A DNA stretch of 64,000 nt from an uncultured Pseudomonadales bacterium. Its GTDB lineage: Bacteria > Pseudomonadota > Gammaproteobacteria > Pseudomonadales > Azotimanducaceae. Shown one piece after another: positions 48,993 through 60,580 of this stretch (position 1 is its first letter; each line of letters opens with the position of its first letter). The position numbers and the translations under genes were made by a program. The stretch covers positions 45,549 through 109,548 of the forward strand of contig CAZWMD010000009.1 of the NCBI GenBank assembly GCA_964634815.1. The letters run 5' to 3'. The notes beneath the pieces were generated by a model that made no database searches, was not told the origin of the DNA, and was given only the letters and a program-made list of their open reading frames with translations.

Positions 48993-51900
48993 ATGGCTCA
49001 AGCAGAACACACGTTGATCTACGAGAGCGCATCTACCCTGGTGCGCCGCCGCACGGCGGACGCTTCCCGCGATGGCATAAATGCTATTTCGGGACCAGAC
49101 AGCACTGTGATCAGCAAATCGCTGAAACCCCACGCCGCCACTCCGACGGCGATCTCTCGCTACTACCACGAATTCACCGTCAATCAGTCTTTGACGTCAA
49201 ACTACGTGTGTCGCGCACTCAGTTTCGATGAGCGCCTGCCAGAGATAACGCTAGAGGACACCGGCGGTGTCGCGCTGAAACTTCTGATAAAGCGCAACGA
49301 TCTCGACTGGGAGGACAAGCTACATATCGCAACCGAACTGTGCCGAGCCGTCCAGTCTATTCACGACGAAGGTGCCGTACATCGCGATCTGAATCCAGCC
49401 AATGTCATCGTTAACCTGGGTACCGAAAGCCTGAAGCTGATAGATTTTGGCCTGGCGACTCTTGCATCTCGGGAATACAGCGAGGTAGAGGCAGGTCAGC
49501 TGACCGGCACTCTGCCCTACATTTCTCCCGAGCAAACGGGTCGAGTGAATCGACTAATCGATTACCGTACCGACCTTTACTCTCTGGGAGCAACCCTGTA
49601 CGAACTCTTCGCCGGTGCTCCCCCCTTCGTTAACACCGATCCACTCGAACTCATCCACAGCCACATCGCCCGCACACCCGCACGTCTTTCAAGTCTCAAA
49701 GAAGACCTGCCGCGCTGGCTTTCGGATATCGTGCAAAAGTTACTGGCCAAGCAACCTGAAGATCGCTATCAAACCGCTGAGGCCGCCCGGGCAGACATAG
49801 AACTTGGCGCCGCCACCGTCTCACAAGCGCCGGGTGACGATGTTGTGCCATTTGTACTGGGCCGGACAGACTCAAAAGGTCAGCTCACTCTGCCACGTAA
49901 GGTTTATGGTCGAGAGCAAGAAGTTGCCAAACTCGAAGAACTCTCGGTACGTGCAGGAGACGGCGAGTCTTTGATTGTCCAATTGATTGGCGCTCAAGGT
50001 ATCGGCAAACAAAGCCTGACCAAGATGTTTGCTGCCCAGTTTCGCCAAAATGGTGGGCTATCAGCGACTCTGGATGCATCGCGAGATAATGAGGGCCGCC
50101 AGGAAGGACAACCAAAGGGTGCGCTGGATATCGCGCGTCAGCTATTGCGACAGGTGTTATCCCGAGACGACGAAAGCTCAAATGCTTATCTGACCAGACT
50201 AAGAAACCTCGGCGAAGATGCCGTCGAAGCGCTGCGCAATCAAATCCCAGAACTGGCGATGGTTTTCCAGCAGCCCATGCATCAGAACGCCGAGCCTGCT
50301 GACCAGGTACTGCAATCTCTTCTCAAATCGTTGTCGCCCATAAGCCTGCTGATTGTGCTGGAGCAACCCCAGCGTTGGGATCGCAGCGACCTGCGGGAGC
50401 TCATCGACGATCTGATGTCGCTCAACAATGTGATTATCATATTGTCGATGGAATCGGCCGCGGACCTCGATATCGACGCCTACCGCCTGCGCACTACCCA
50501 TATCGAGCTTGCCCCTCTGGGCAGACCTGCAGTAAGGCTGTTACTGGCCGAGATGTTTTCTCACACCGAGGCAAAGGTGCGAGAGCTTGCGCAAGAAATC
50601 CATGACAAAACCGAGGGCTATCCAAGTCAGGTGATCAGCCTGCTCTACGAATTGCATGCAAAACGCGCCGTATTTTATGACCCTCTCGATGGCGGCTGGT
50701 CATGGCAAATTGATGCCATCCGGAGTCACTATTTCACTGACAATTCGGTAGAACGGATATCTAACCTGCTATCCCGCATGCCAGAACGGACTCTTGAATT
50801 ACTGCGTATCGCGGCCTGTCTCGGCAACAACTTCAATGCTGCAGCACTATCGCAGTTGTCTCTGACCGAACACAGTGATGAAGCTGATGTTGCCAAAGAA
50901 CTCAACTATGCCCTGAATCTGGGGGTGGTGGCGAATAAACAGGCCAGCTTCGATGATGGCCCGCTCTATCGTTTCGCCCATACCGATATTCGCGCCCGAA
51001 TCTATGCCGACATGGGCGATGCCGAGAAATCTCGATTACACCGCGGCATCGCTGATCACCTGATGTCTCGCTCCGCAGCGATCTCCAATCCATCAAATCA
51101 GACTGTGCGTCTTGAAGGCGAACGACTGATCCTCATGGCGGAGCACATGAACGCTGCAACCAACCCTCTGGTTGCTGACGCTGAGGCGTTGAATCAGGTT
51201 GCTTATCACAACCTGCTGGCGGCCAAAGAACTGTTGCGCCAGCAAGACTATCGAGCCGCCTTCAACATGGCGCACACCGCATTGCGACTTTATTTGCGCG
51301 GTGATCTGGAGGCTTCACTACTCAATCAGGAGCTAACCCTGTGTGCCGCAGAGGCCGCTTTTCTGTGCCCAGACTTTGACCAGCTGGAACGCCTGCTTGC
51401 CGAATCTGTTAGCAGCAACCTTACTCTTGATGAGTTCGGCATACGCATGGACTATGCCAGAAACAGACTCAGCGAAGGCCAGGAGCAAGCGCTTTCCTCA
51501 ATCAGGCAGCTCAGCCCGCTGCCCGCAGCCTCACGGTTTGCACCAACGGTACAGCCGCTGGCTCATGACCAGACCATCAAGAGTTGTACCGACGCCGAGT
51601 TCCAACAGCGCGCCAGGTTATGCGCCTACGCCCTGCCCCTTGCGTTGCAGCTCGGCGACGACACTCTGATCAAACTGGCGGCTCGTATAAATGAACAAGC
51701 TGCAAATAGTGCTGGTTATTGTCCTGAAATCAGCTATCTACTCGCCGTTCAAGCTACGTGGGAGCATCACAAAGGCCATCACGAGAAAGCCGAAGTATTG
51801 GCAAATTCTGCTCGTGAACTCGCCAGCCACTGGTCGAACAATCAGTTTTCGATCAGAGCACGTGCAACCCTTTATGGCCTCTACGATGGCTGGGTTGCAC

Positions 51901-54900
51901 CCTTTGATACCAGTCTATCGATGTTAGGCGATGCCGTACGCGAATCTATCGCGCTTCGTGATTATGAATTCGCAGGCCTGGCTGTGAATTGGTTTGCATC
52001 TAACGCGGTGCTACGTGGCATGGATCTGACATCGCTGGGTCGTCGTCTGTCGCTGCATGTTGATCAGCTAAGCGACTACGGCAATCTGTCGAACGTCAAT
52101 GTCGTCAGATACATTTCAGGCATGATCGATAGCTATGTTGGTCTTGAGCGAGGGTCAACAGAAGTAACCACAACAGGCAACATCGAGCCGATTCCGGAAT
52201 CTCTCCCTCGGCTCGATAACCCAATGGATCGGCTGGCAATAGGCACGCTTTACGTACATCGTGTTTATTTTGCGGTGGTCTTTAATGACTATCATGGCGC
52301 TCAGGATGCCGTAGAACGCGCGCAGGAATACATGCCATCGCTCATTGGCTCACCGTTACACATTACCCTTACCTTCTGTGAAGCTCTGATCGCTTTCCAA
52401 ATCGGTTCTCGCAGAAAAACCAAGAGAGATAGCTTTCGGCTTCACAAACTTGTTCCGGCGTTAAGAGCAGGCCAAAAAGAACCTCGAAAACAACTTGCAA
52501 CGCTGAAAAGCTGGGCAAAAAATACACCTTTTGCAGTACCCAAAACCACACTGGTTGAAGCGGAGTTACTCTGGCATCGCGGCGAGCACAATGAGGCACT
52601 TGAGTACTACGAGCGCTCTGCATCGCAGGCACGAGACCTTGGGCTGGTTAATGATGAAGCCATCGCGTACGAGCTTGCGACCAGACGCTGTGATGAGCGT
52701 GGTCGCCGAGACTTCACAAAGCTCTTTGCGCGCAGCGCCCATCAGGCCTACACACGCTGGGGTGCGGTTGCAAAGATCGATGCCCTGGAAGAAGAGTACC
52801 GCAGCCTGCTGCGGGAAATGGGTGAGGGTCACAGCAAACTAAGCCTTGCTGATCTTGCAGACTTGACCGTCCGCGATTTCCAAAGCCATTCGCACACCTA
52901 TCACTCCCACGAATTTAACGAACGACTACTCGATACAACCACTGTGCTTCGGGCGGCCCAAGCATTGTCCGGCGAAATTATGCTGGATCAGGTGCTCGAG
53001 AAGCTCTTGCGCTTGACCCTCGAACACGCGGGAGCCCAAAAGGCAGCGATGCTGCTCACTACCGATAATCGGCTCTACCTGGAAGCTGTTGCTGCTGTTG
53101 ATGGCGGTGAGACGCGACGCATCAATCCACCCATACCCATGGAAGCATCAACAGAAGTGCCGCTGTCAATTATCCAGTTTGTCAGCCGTACCAAACAGGT
53201 TCTCGTACTGGGTGACGCCACCCAAGAGGATGTGTTCACTCAAGATCCCTATGTGGTGCGCGGTAAACCGCTCTCCGTTCTCTGTCTGCCGATTTTGCAT
53301 CGCGGCGAACTCACGGGCGTGCTCTACGTAGAACATCGCTGGCTCTCAAACGTGTTTACGGAACAACGCGTTGAAGTACTCAACCTGTTGTCATCCCAGG
53401 CCGCTATCTCTATTGAGAACGCGCGGTTATATGGCGACCTGCAAGGAGCCAGAGACGACTATCGCGCCCTTTATGACAGCGCCATAGAAGGTCTTTTTAG
53501 AATATCCGGACAAGGCACACTGATTCGCGCCAACCCTACACTTGCTGAGCTTCTTGGTTTTGACAGTGTAGATGGCTTGTTACTCGAATATCGCGAACTT
53601 CTTGATCGCGTGTTTCTTGAGCGCGAAAAAGCTCAGGAGTTTTTGTCTAAACTCGACGAAAACTCGCAAGTGACAGCCTTCGAAGCCAAAGCACTGACTC
53701 GCGATGGTCGAGAATTTTGGATGTCAATCGCTGCGCGGATCACCGATGACAAAGATGACGGCGAGTTTATTGATGGTTCTATAATTGATATCACCGCGCG
53801 AATCGAGAGCGAACAGGCAGAGAAGCAACGACAGATTGCAGAAGCAGCTACTCAGGCCAAAAGTGAATTCCTCGCGAACATGAGCCACGAGATCCGCACA
53901 CCAATGAACGCAATCATTGGCTTTTCAGAGCTGACTCTGGATACCGAACTGGATAGAGCGCAGCGAGAGTACATAAGCTCAATTCGCCGAGCCTCAGAAT
54001 CACTTCTTAATATCGTTAACGATGTGCTCGACTTTTCCAAGATCGAGGCTGGAAAACTGGATCTGGAATCGGTGCCTTTTGAGCTCGACTCTATGCTGGA
54101 AGAACTAGAGCGATTGTTTCGCACCGAGTTTCGCAAGAAAAACATACAACTGGTAATTTCAAACAAGGCAGATAGACACCCTGATTTTCCAGAAAACTCT
54201 GTGGTACTGGGCGATTCACTGCGCTTGCAACAAGTGCTGGTTAATCTTGTAGGTAACGCCCTGAAGTTCACTACTGAAGGACAGATCGCTGTTGAAGTAG
54301 AAGTCGATCGTACCTTTGTCCTGCCCACCGGTGAACCACAGATCGTATTGTGTTTTGCAGTGACAGACACCGGCATCGGAATCGATGAAGATCAGCAATC
54401 CAGACTGTTCGAATCTTTTGAGCAGGCGGAATCCTCCACGACTCGAAACTATGGCGGCACAGGACTCGGATTGACAATTTGTCGGCGCCTGGTCGATATG
54501 ATGAAGGGCGAAATCACGGTGAGCTCCACTGTCGGTGAAGGTAGCCGATTCGAATTCACGGCTCAGGTAGGTTACGCCAAAGGCGAAATAGAAGTGGTTC
54601 AACGGCGCGCAATGACACGCGATCGCTCGAGCCAACTGTTCCAGGACAAGCGGGTTTTGCTTGCAGAGGACAATCCGATCAACCAGCAACTTGCACTGGC
54701 CTTTCTACAGCGGGCCGGGGCAAGTGTTGAAATCGCTGAAACAGGCAGACAGGCGGTCGCCCGGGCGGTCGCAAACACCTATGACGTTATCCTGATGGAT
54801 ATCCGTATGCCGGAGATGGATGGGCTGGAGGCGACAGCCGAGTTACGCAAGCAAGGTCTTTTAGTACCGATCATCGCCGTCTCCGCTGATGCTATTGGCG

Positions 54901-55502
54901 AGCGGCGCAGTCGTGCTCTTGAGGCTGGTTGCAACGGTTACGTCACCAAGCCAATAGACTTCGATACTCTGGTGTCCGAGTGCAGTGAGCACATGGGGCT
55001 TACTCTGGAAACCGAAGAATCACCTCGCAGACGAGCAACAGACACCGCGCAGGACCAGGACGAAAACGTCGCTCTGTTGAAACGAGTACCCGGTATCGAC
55101 GTTGGACTTGCGATCAAGAATCACAATGACAACGTGAAACTCATGCTCAAACTCATGGGCGACTTTGGTACCTACTATGGTGATGCAGGTCCAAAAATCC
55201 GGACATTCTTACTCAATGGAGAATGGGAAGAAGCAGAACGTCTGGCTCACAACCTGCGAGGCGTTGCAGGCTCCTTTGGCGCGACTGATCTGCAAGAAGC
55301 CGCAAAGGTTCTTGAACTAGCACTTGTACGCGAAGATGGAAGCGACGAGTTACCTGGCGCACCGGGCGGTAAAATGGAAGAAGAAACCTCCAAGAACCTG
55401 TTGGGTCTCGCACAGAGTTTTGAAGTTGCGTTAAATGAGGTATTGGAAGGCGCAGAAGCGCTGGCAAGCAAGGAAGTAAGGCTGCGCGAAGGCGACGCCT
55501 AA
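48993..55502 (+). CDS. 2169-aa Ser/Thr-kinase-like / P-loop NTPase / helical-repeat / GAF / PAS / hybrid histidine kinase (HisKA-HATPase-REC-HPt)
   Basis: The kinase-like core has HRDLNPANV at 49380-49406, DFG at 49443-49451 and [22 protein letters not shown]. The P-loop is GAQGIGKQS at 49989-50015. A GAF domain lies at about 52930-53440 and a PAS domain at about 53455-53800. The H-box is [11 protein letters not shown] with its His at 53886-53888. N and G boxes are GNALKFT, DTGIGI and GGTGLGL. The REC domain ([10 protein letters not shown]...[12 protein letters not shown]) has its Asp at 54798-54800. The HPt segment [12 protein letters not shown] has its His at 55248-55250. Confidence 0.9.
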   Translation: MAQAEHTLIYESASTLVRRRTADASRDGINAISGPDSTVISKSLKPHAATPTAISRYYHEFTVNQSLTSNYVCRALSFDERLPEITLEDTGGVALKLLIKRNDLDWEDKLHIATELCRAVQSIHDEGAVHRDLNPANVIVNLGTESLKLIDFGLATLASREYSEVEAGQLTGTLPYISPEQTGRVNRLIDYRTDLYSLGATLYELFAGAPPFVNTDPLELIHSHIARTPARLSSLKEDLPRWLSDIVQKLLAKQPEDRYQTAEAARADIELGAATVSQAPGDDVVPFVLGRTDSKGQLTLPRKVYGREQEVAKLEELSVRAGDGESLIVQLIGAQGIGKQSLTKMFAAQFRQNGGLSATLDASRDNEGRQEGQPKGALDIARQLLRQVLSRDDESSNAYLTRLRNLGEDAVEALRNQIPELAMVFQQPMHQNAEPADQVLQSLLKSLSPISLLIVLEQPQRWDRSDLRELIDDLMSLNNVIIILSMESAADLDIDAYRLRTTHIELAPLGRPAVRLLLAEMFSHTEAKVRELAQEIHDKTEGYPSQVISLLYELHAKRAVFYDPLDGGWSWQIDAIRSHYFTDNSVERISNLLSRMPERTLELLRIAACLGNNFNAAALSQLSLTEHSDEADVAKELNYALNLGVVANKQASFDDGPLYRFAHTDIRARIYADMGDAEKSRLHRGIADHLMSRSAAISNPSNQTVRLEGERLILMAEHMNAATNPLVADAEALNQVAYHNLLAAKELLRQQDYRAAFNMAHTALRLYLRGDLEASLLNQELTLCAAEAAFLCPDFDQLERLLAESVSSNLTLDEFGIRMDYARNRLSEGQEQALSSIRQLSPLPAASRFAPTVQPLAHDQTIKSCTDAEFQQRARLCAYALPLALQLGDDTLIKLAARINEQAANSAGYCPEISYLLAVQATWEHHKGHHEKAEVLANSARELASHWSNNQFSIRARATLYGLYDGWVAPFDTSLSMLGDAVRESIALRDYEFAGLAVNWFASNAVLRGMDLTSLGRRLSLHVDQLSDYGNLSNVNVVRYISGMIDSYVGLERGSTEVTTTGNIEPIPESLPRLDNPMDRLAIGTLYVHRVYFAVVFNDYHGAQDAVERAQEYMPSLIGSPLHITLTFCEALIAFQIGSRRKTKRDSFRLHKLVPALRAGQKEPRKQLATLKSWAKNTPFAVPKTTLVEAELLWHRGEHNEALEYYERSASQARDLGLVNDEAIAYELATRRCDERGRRDFTKLFARSAHQAYTRWGAVAKIDALEEEYRSLLREMGEGHSKLSLADLADLTVRDFQSHSHTYHSHEFNERLLDTTTVLRAAQALSGEIMLDQVLEKLLRLTLEHAGAQKAAMLLTTDNRLYLEAVAAVDGGETRRINPPIPMEASTEVPLSIIQFVSRTKQVLVLGDATQEDVFTQDPYVVRGKPLSVLCLPILHRGELTGVLYVEHRWLSNVFTEQRVEVLNLLSSQAAISIENARLYGDLQGARDDYRALYDSAIEGLFRISGQGTLIRANPTLAELLGFDSVDGLLLEYRELLDRVFLEREKAQEFLSKLDENSQVTAFEAKALTRDGREFWMSIAARITDDKDDGEFIDGSIIDITARIESEQAEKQRQIAEAATQAKSEFLANMSHEIRTPMNAIIGFSELTLDTELDRAQREYISSIRRASESLLNIVNDVLDFSKIEAGKLDLESVPFELDSMLEELERLFRTEFRKKNIQLVISNKADRHPDFPENSVVLGDSLRLQQVLVNLVGNALKFTTEGQIAVEVEVDRTFVLPTGEPQIVLCFAVTDTGIGIDEDQQSRLFESFEQAESSTTRNYGGTGLGLTICRRLVDMMKGEITVSSTVGEGSRFEFTAQVGYAKGEIEVVQRRAMTRDRSSQLFQDKRVLLAEDNPINQQLALAFLQRAGASVEIAETGRQAVARAVANTYDVILMDIRMPEMDGLEATAELRKQGLLVPIIAVSADAIGERRSRALEAGCNGYVTKPIDFDTLVSECSEHMGLTLETEESPRRRATDTAQDQDENVALLKRVPGIDVGLAIKNHNDNVKLMLKLMGDFGTYYGDAGPKIRTFLLNGEWEEAERLAHNLRGVAGSFGATDLQEAAKVLELALVREDGSDELPGAPGGKMEEETSKNLLGLAQSFEVALNEVLEGAEALASKEVRLREGDA

Positions 55503-56383
55503 TCGATCGCCAGCAACGGTAGCGTTTCGACTTCGCGTTTTAACCCGGAGAAGTCGAAAAGCCCTGTATCAGCAAGCTGCGATGGCGAAATATGACTCAG
55601 AGCGCGCGCGATGTTCTCCACCCGGCCCGGCTGTTCAATGTCCCACTGCGACAGCATCGCCTTTACCTTGGCCCGCTGCAAATTAGGCTGCGAGCCGCAC
55701 AGATTGCAGGGAATGATCGGGTGAGACCTGGCTTGCGAAAACGCCTCAATGGTTTTCTCCCGAGCGTAGTAGAGCGGTCGAATCACCACATTCGCGCCAT
55801 CATCACTCAGCAACTTGGGTGGCATGGACTTTAGCGTACCGCCAAAGAACATATTTAAGAACAGGGTTTCAACGGCGTCGTCCAGGTGATGGCCGAGAGC
55901 TATCTTGTCTGCTCCAATTCGCTTTGCATGGCTATAAAGAATGCCCCGTCGCATTCGTGAGCAGACGGGACAGGTTGTTTTTCCCTCGGGGGTCAGCTCC
56001 TTAACGATTGAGTAGGTGTCTTCCTCCAAAACGTGATACTCAACACCAAGGGATTCCAAATATTGCGGCAGTACATGTTCCGGAAAACCTGGTTGTTTTT
56101 GATCAAGGTTCACCGCAACTAACGAAAACTCTACCGGTGCATGGCGCCTTAGACTTAGCAGGACATCAAGCATGGTATAAGAGTCTTTGCCACCCGACAC
56201 GCACACCATCACCTTATCGCCATCTTCGATCATCGAATAATCAGTGACCGCCTGACCGACCAGACGTCGCAAACGTTTCTGTAACTTGTTGAATTCGTAA
56301 TGGGCGGCGCGATTGGTCACAAATCTGGGCTCAAATATCCGGGGGGTAGATTCTGCACGGCGCAGCACAAGCCCGCAATTCAT
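55499..56383 (-). CDS. ttcA: tRNA 2-thiocytidine(32) synthetase TtcA
   Basis: [41 protein letters not shown] contains the PP-loop SGGKDS and is colinear with E. coli TtcA. The Cys motifs CPVCSRMRR and CNLCGSQ are present. Confidence 0.9.
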   Translation of the reverse strand: MNCGLVLRRAESTPRIFEPRFVTNRAAHYEFNKLQKRLRRLVGQAVTDYSMIEDGDKVMVCVSGGKDSYTMLDVLLSLRRHAPVEFSLVAVNLDQKQPGFPEHVLPQYLESLGVEYHVLEEDTYSIVKELTPEGKTTCPVCSRMRRGILYSHAKRIGADKIALGHHLDDAVETLFLNMFFGGTLKSMPPKLLSDDGANVVIRPLYYAREKTIEAFSQARSHPIIPCNLCGSQPNLQRAKVKAMLSQWDIEQPGRVENIARALSHISPSQLADTGLFDFSGLKREVETLPLLAID

Positions 56384-56386
56384 TGT

Positions 56387-57904
56387 TTATGCAGGTAATC
56401 CGGCCTCTTCAGCAGTGTCCGACTGGACTTCGCTGTGCCTGGGAGATTGGCTGAGGTAGTGTTTGGCCGCGTTGGCCGGCATCGGGGGGCTGAAGTAATA
56501 CCCTTGAATCTGGGCGCAGCCCAGTTCAGCCAGAACCTTAAGCTCTGACGCCTTTTCAACACCCTCAGCAACAACATCGAGCTGTAGTTGCCTGCCCAAA
56601 GCAATAATTGACTCAATCAGCCTCCGATCGGCTGACTGGGAAGTTGACTCCGGCTTGAGTGCATTAACAAAGGATCGATCAATTTTTAGCACATCAAAAT
56701 CAAACTCTCGCAGATGGCTGAGCGAGGAGTAACCGGTGCCAAAATCATCCAATGCAATCCTGGCCCCCAAACGGCGCGCCTTGACCAAAAACTCACGGTA
56801 CAGTTCTTTGTCGTCAACCAACAAACTCTCCGTAATCTCCAGCGTCAAACGCGCAGTTTCAGGAGAATCCAGCAGCTGCAGCAGTTTCTCGGCATCCGCT
56901 GCATCACCCAGCTGGCGAATACTGATATTGATCGACAGGCGAAGATCTGGATGACCAGTTTGCGCCCAAGTACGCAATTGCCGCTGAGCTGTTTGAACAA
57001 TCCAGTATCCAATCTCGACGATCAGCCCGGTCTTCTCAGCAATAGGAATGAAATCCTGAGGTGAGACAAGGCCACGGGTAGGATGGTGCCAGCGAAGCAA
57101 CGCCTCGAAAGACACTACTCGATCTGAAAACTGGTCTACCAATGGCTGGTAGTAGAGCTCAAATTGATCCTCAATAAGCGCGCTCCGCAGCGCAGTTTCC
57201 AGCTCATACAATGTCTGCGCGCGGGTATTCATAGCTGATTCATAATGAACTGCATCGTTTCCGCCAGACCGAGCGGCCTCGGCGCAGGCCAGGTCAGCTT
57301 GCTGAAGTATTTCTCCAACACGCATTGGTGATTTTTGGGTTGGCTGATCGAGCGCTTTAGACAAAACACGTACGCCAACACTTGCCGTGACAGTCACCTC
57401 TTTATCAAGCACAGAAAATGGCTTTGACATTGCCGTGACGATTGCAGAGGAAATTTGCGACAGCTCTTCAGAGTCACTCAACGCCTCCAGCAATACTCCA
57501 AACCGTCCTCCGCCCAGCCGGGCCAGGGTATCGGTTTCTCGCACCGCCATCTTCAGGCGGCGGCCTGACTCTCTTAGAACCTGATCTCCGACGATGTACC
57601 CCATCGAGTCATTGAGCCGACCAAAGCCGTCGAGATCGATCGTAAGCACAGCACCAGCGTGAACCTCTGTTGACCCTGAGGCGTTCTCCATAGCATCCAG
57701 AAAACCCTCGAGCCTGCCACGAAACAGGCTGACGTTCGGCAGCCGGGTGAGCTTGTCGCGATGGGCTTGCCAAAGCGCCAGACGTTCAGAGTTACTATTC
57801 TGGCTGCTAAATCGCAGCGCACGAAAACAGACATAACCAAGGGCAAACACAAGGCCCAGAGTCGGCAGCAGCAGTTGAGAAAGCGGTGAGGGAAGTTCAG
57901 CCAT
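56387..57904 (-). CDS. membrane-anchored GGDEF-EAL protein (degenerate GGDEF, intact EAL)
   Basis: The product has one N-terminal TM helix. The GGDEF position reads GGGRF (57500-57514). The EAL domain carries FEALLRW, DDFGTGYSS and EGVE. Confidence 0.9.
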   Translation of the reverse strand: MAELPSPLSQLLLPTLGLVFALGYVCFRALRFSSQNSNSERLALWQAHRDKLTRLPNVSLFRGRLEGFLDAMENASGSTEVHAGAVLTIDLDGFGRLNDSMGYIVGDQVLRESGRRLKMAVRETDTLARLGGGRFGVLLEALSDSEELSQISSAIVTAMSKPFSVLDKEVTVTASVGVRVLSKALDQPTQKSPMRVGEILQQADLACAEAARSGGNDAVHYESAMNTRAQTLYELETALRSALIEDQFELYYQPLVDQFSDRVVSFEALLRWHHPTRGLVSPQDFIPIAEKTGLIVEIGYWIVQTAQRQLRTWAQTGHPDLRLSINISIRQLGDAADAEKLLQLLDSPETARLTLEITESLLVDDKELYREFLVKARRLGARIALDDFGTGYSSLSHLREFDFDVLKIDRSFVNALKPESTSQSADRRLIESIIALGRQLQLDVVAEGVEKASELKVLAELGCAQIQGYYFSPPMPANAAKHYLSQSPRHSEVQSDTAEEAGLPA

Positions 57905-58028
57905 ACTCCAATAAAGTTAGTAGAGGAGAAACAGGGTGCAACTTCGTCAATTCTTTGCCGCGGCTGTGTCGATAACCTGCTGGAATGCAGTTGCAATGCA
58001 GTTGTGTTGTTAAACAACAGACTCAGAA

Positions 58029-60467
58029 CTAATCAAGGCCCCTCAAGACACGCATCGGTGGGCTGGCAATCAATGAGCGCGAACCTGTTAGGCCAACAGT
58101 AGCAACCAACAACGCGCCAGCAATAGGTGCCCCCAACCAGAACCACCCATGGAATACGGGTTGTAGCTCAAAAATCTGAGTTTGCAACAGCGCAACCGCC
58201 AGCTCAGCGCCGGCGACCGCAAGCAGACCAGACAGAGCGCCGAGTGTTAAAAATTCAACAGCCAAAGAACCGGCAATTAACCCTCGTGTGGCACCTAAAG
58301 CACGTAACAGTCCATGTTCTGCAAGCCGCTCGTCACGACTTGACTGAATGCTTGCCAGTAACACGAGCGCGCCAGAAACCAGCACTAGTCCGAGGACCAA
58401 TTCAATGGCTTGAGTGACCCGATCAACAATAGACTGCACCTGCTCAATTATATCTTCCATGGGAATCACACTGACCGTAGGAAACTCGCGCAGGAACTCG
58501 TTGAGGGCACGCTGCTCTGATCTGGGCAGGTGAAAGCTGGTCATAAAGGTTGTAGGGATGTTCTCAAGCATCGCCGGAGAAAAGATCACAAAAAAGTTGG
58601 GCCGCATACTGTCCCAATCCACGCGCCGCAGGTTTGTGACCCGGCCGGATATCAGGGCTCCAGCCACATCCACCGACAGCGTATCGCCAATACTCAAACC
58701 ATGCTCCCGGGCATAGTCGTCTTCGAGCGAAATCAACTTTTCACTTGAGTCCGGCGCCCACCAATCGCCTTCTACGAGGACATTCTCCGCAGGCTTTTCA
58801 GCGGCATAGGTCAGGTTACGTTCGTTATCAAGATCATTCTCAAAGAGACCTTCGCGCTGCGCATTCCACTCATCAATCGTCAGGGAATTCACTCCAACGA
58901 TTCGACCTCTAATCATGGGGAACAGCTCGCCTACCCGCTGGCTAATATTTTCGAGTTTCGCAGCAACACCGGTCACTTCTTCGGGCGTCACGTTCATCAC
59001 AAAATGGTTTGGCACATCATCTGGCAATTGTTCGCGCCACTCAGAGAGCAGTGACGTTCTAACCAGCAACAAGATAAGCAACAACATTATTGCGAGACCA
59101 AAAATCAGCATCTGCGCAATGCTGGTTCGAGATCGACGCTGAATTCCAGCCAACGCCAGGCGCCAGAACGACCCCGCTTGCATACCTAAAGCGCCAGTAC
59201 CACGTAGCGCGAGCCAGGCAACCAGAGCAAACACAATGAGTACCGATGCCACTGCACCCAGTGTGTAGAGCGTAAGCACAGCACTGCCGCTATACCAAAG
59301 CAATAAAACGATTGTTCCAAATATCGCTGCAGAGTAGGTAGCGATACCTGCAAAGTCTCCGTCCGTCAGATCTCGACGGATTACTCGCATCGGCGAAATG
59401 TTTCGCAATGCAAGAAGTGGAGGTAACGCAAAACTCAATAGGCAGATAAAACCAGTGACCGCTCCGAGAACATAGGGTTTCAGACCGGCAGCCGGCAGAC
59501 TTCCAGGAATAAGATCATTCACAAAGGCCAATACTATTTGTTGCAGCAGGTTACCAACCAACAAGCCAGCCGCGACCCCAAGCGTCCCCACAATAAGCAG
59601 CACACCAAGAAAATTTCTCAATACGACCTTGGGGGTGGCGCCCAGCGTTTTCAGCACGCCAACATGATCAAAGTGACGGCGTGAATAACGATGTGCAGCA
59701 AGCGCAACGGCCACACCGGCGAGCAACACAGCAAGCAGCCCCCCTAACAGCAGGAAGCTCTCGGCACGTCCCAACGCGTTACCAATAGCTTCACTGCTAT
59801 CGCGCGCGCCCAACCAGCGATAACGTTTTACTTCGTCGTCATTTAACGTTTCAAAGGCCGCCTCAATGTCCGCACTGTCTCCGCGCAACAAATAGCGATA
59901 ACTAATTCGGCTGCCCGGCTGCACGATCTGGGTCGCCGCGAGATCTTCAATGCGCATCAGCGCCCGGGGCGCAAGATCTGTAAAGCTGCCTCCTCTGTCC
60001 GGCTCTCGAGTTAGAACGCGAGTAACCTTCAGCGATTTGAATCCCACATCAACCTGATCACCGAGTGATAGAGACAGCGCAGGAAACAGTCGAGCATCGA
60101 GCCAGATTTCCCCGGGAAGAGGTAACTCCTGGGTCACAGCATCAGGCCCAAAGGGTTCTTCGCTCACGCGCAGTACACCACGGAGCGGATAGGCATCACT
60201 GACGGCTTTCACAGAGGCGAGAAGATTTGCCTCGGGACCGGTGTAAAGCATGCTTGCAAAGGTCACCGTTTCTGCCTGCTGAAGCCCCAATGCTCGGGCA
60301 GAATCGCGAATAGACTCCGGAGCCGGAGCTGACCCGCTGAGAACCCGGTCAGCAGCCAGGAAAGTGGCTGATTGTTCGATCAAGGCACTTTGCAGTCGAT
60401 CCACAAACAGGGATATCGCTGTGACAGAGGCCACCGCCACAACTATGGCGGCCAGAAGCAAGCGCAA
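58029..60467 (-). CDS. ybbP: FtsX-family ABC transporter permease (YbbP-like, double FtsX)
   Basis: The 812-aa product has two FtsX-type four-TM bundles separated by a large loop. It lies downstream of a YbbA-like ATPase, as in E. coli. The true start is probably upstream of the tracked TTG (see findings). Confidence 0.85.
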   Translation of the reverse strand: MRLLLAAIVVAVASVTAISLFVDRLQSALIEQSATFLAADRVLSGSAPAPESIRDSARALGLQQAETVTFASMLYTGPEANLLASVKAVSDAYPLRGVLRVSEEPFGPDAVTQELPLPGEIWLDARLFPALSLSLGDQVDVGFKSLKVTRVLTREPDRGGSFTDLAPRALMRIEDLAATQIVQPGSRISYRYLLRGDSADIEAAFETLNDDEVKRYRWLGARDSSEAIGNALGRAESFLLLGGLLAVLLAGVAVALAAHRYSRRHFDHVGVLKTLGATPKVVLRNFLGVLLIVGTLGVAAGLLVGNLLQQIVLAFVNDLIPGSLPAAGLKPYVLGAVTGFICLLSFALPPLLALRNISPMRVIRRDLTDGDFAGIATYSAAIFGTIVLLLWYSGSAVLTLYTLGAVASVLIVFALVAWLALRGTGALGMQAGSFWRLALAGIQRRSRTSIAQMLIFGLAIMLLLILLLVRTSLLSEWREQLPDDVPNHFVMNVTPEEVTGVAAKLENISQRVGELFPMIRGRIVGVNSLTIDEWNAQREGLFENDLDNERNLTYAAEKPAENVLVEGDWWAPDSSEKLISLEDDYAREHGLSIGDTLSVDVAGALISGRVTNLRRVDWDSMRPNFFVIFSPAMLENIPTTFMTSFHLPRSEQRALNEFLREFPTVSVIPMEDIIEQVQSIVDRVTQAIELVLGLVLVSGALVLLASIQSSRDERLAEHGLLRALGATRGLIAGSLAVEFLTLGALSGLLAVAGAELAVALLQTQIFELQPVFHGWFWLGAPIAGALLVATVGLTGSRSLIASPPMRVLRGLD

Positions 60468-60580
60468 CTCGCCAGATCGCCAGTCGCGAGAGGCAAGTTT
60501 CAGCGCAAGACCCAGGAAACGATGAGCTCGAGCAGGGCCAGTCGAGTTGTTCCCGGCTCCCGAGTATGTAGGCCCGGCGC

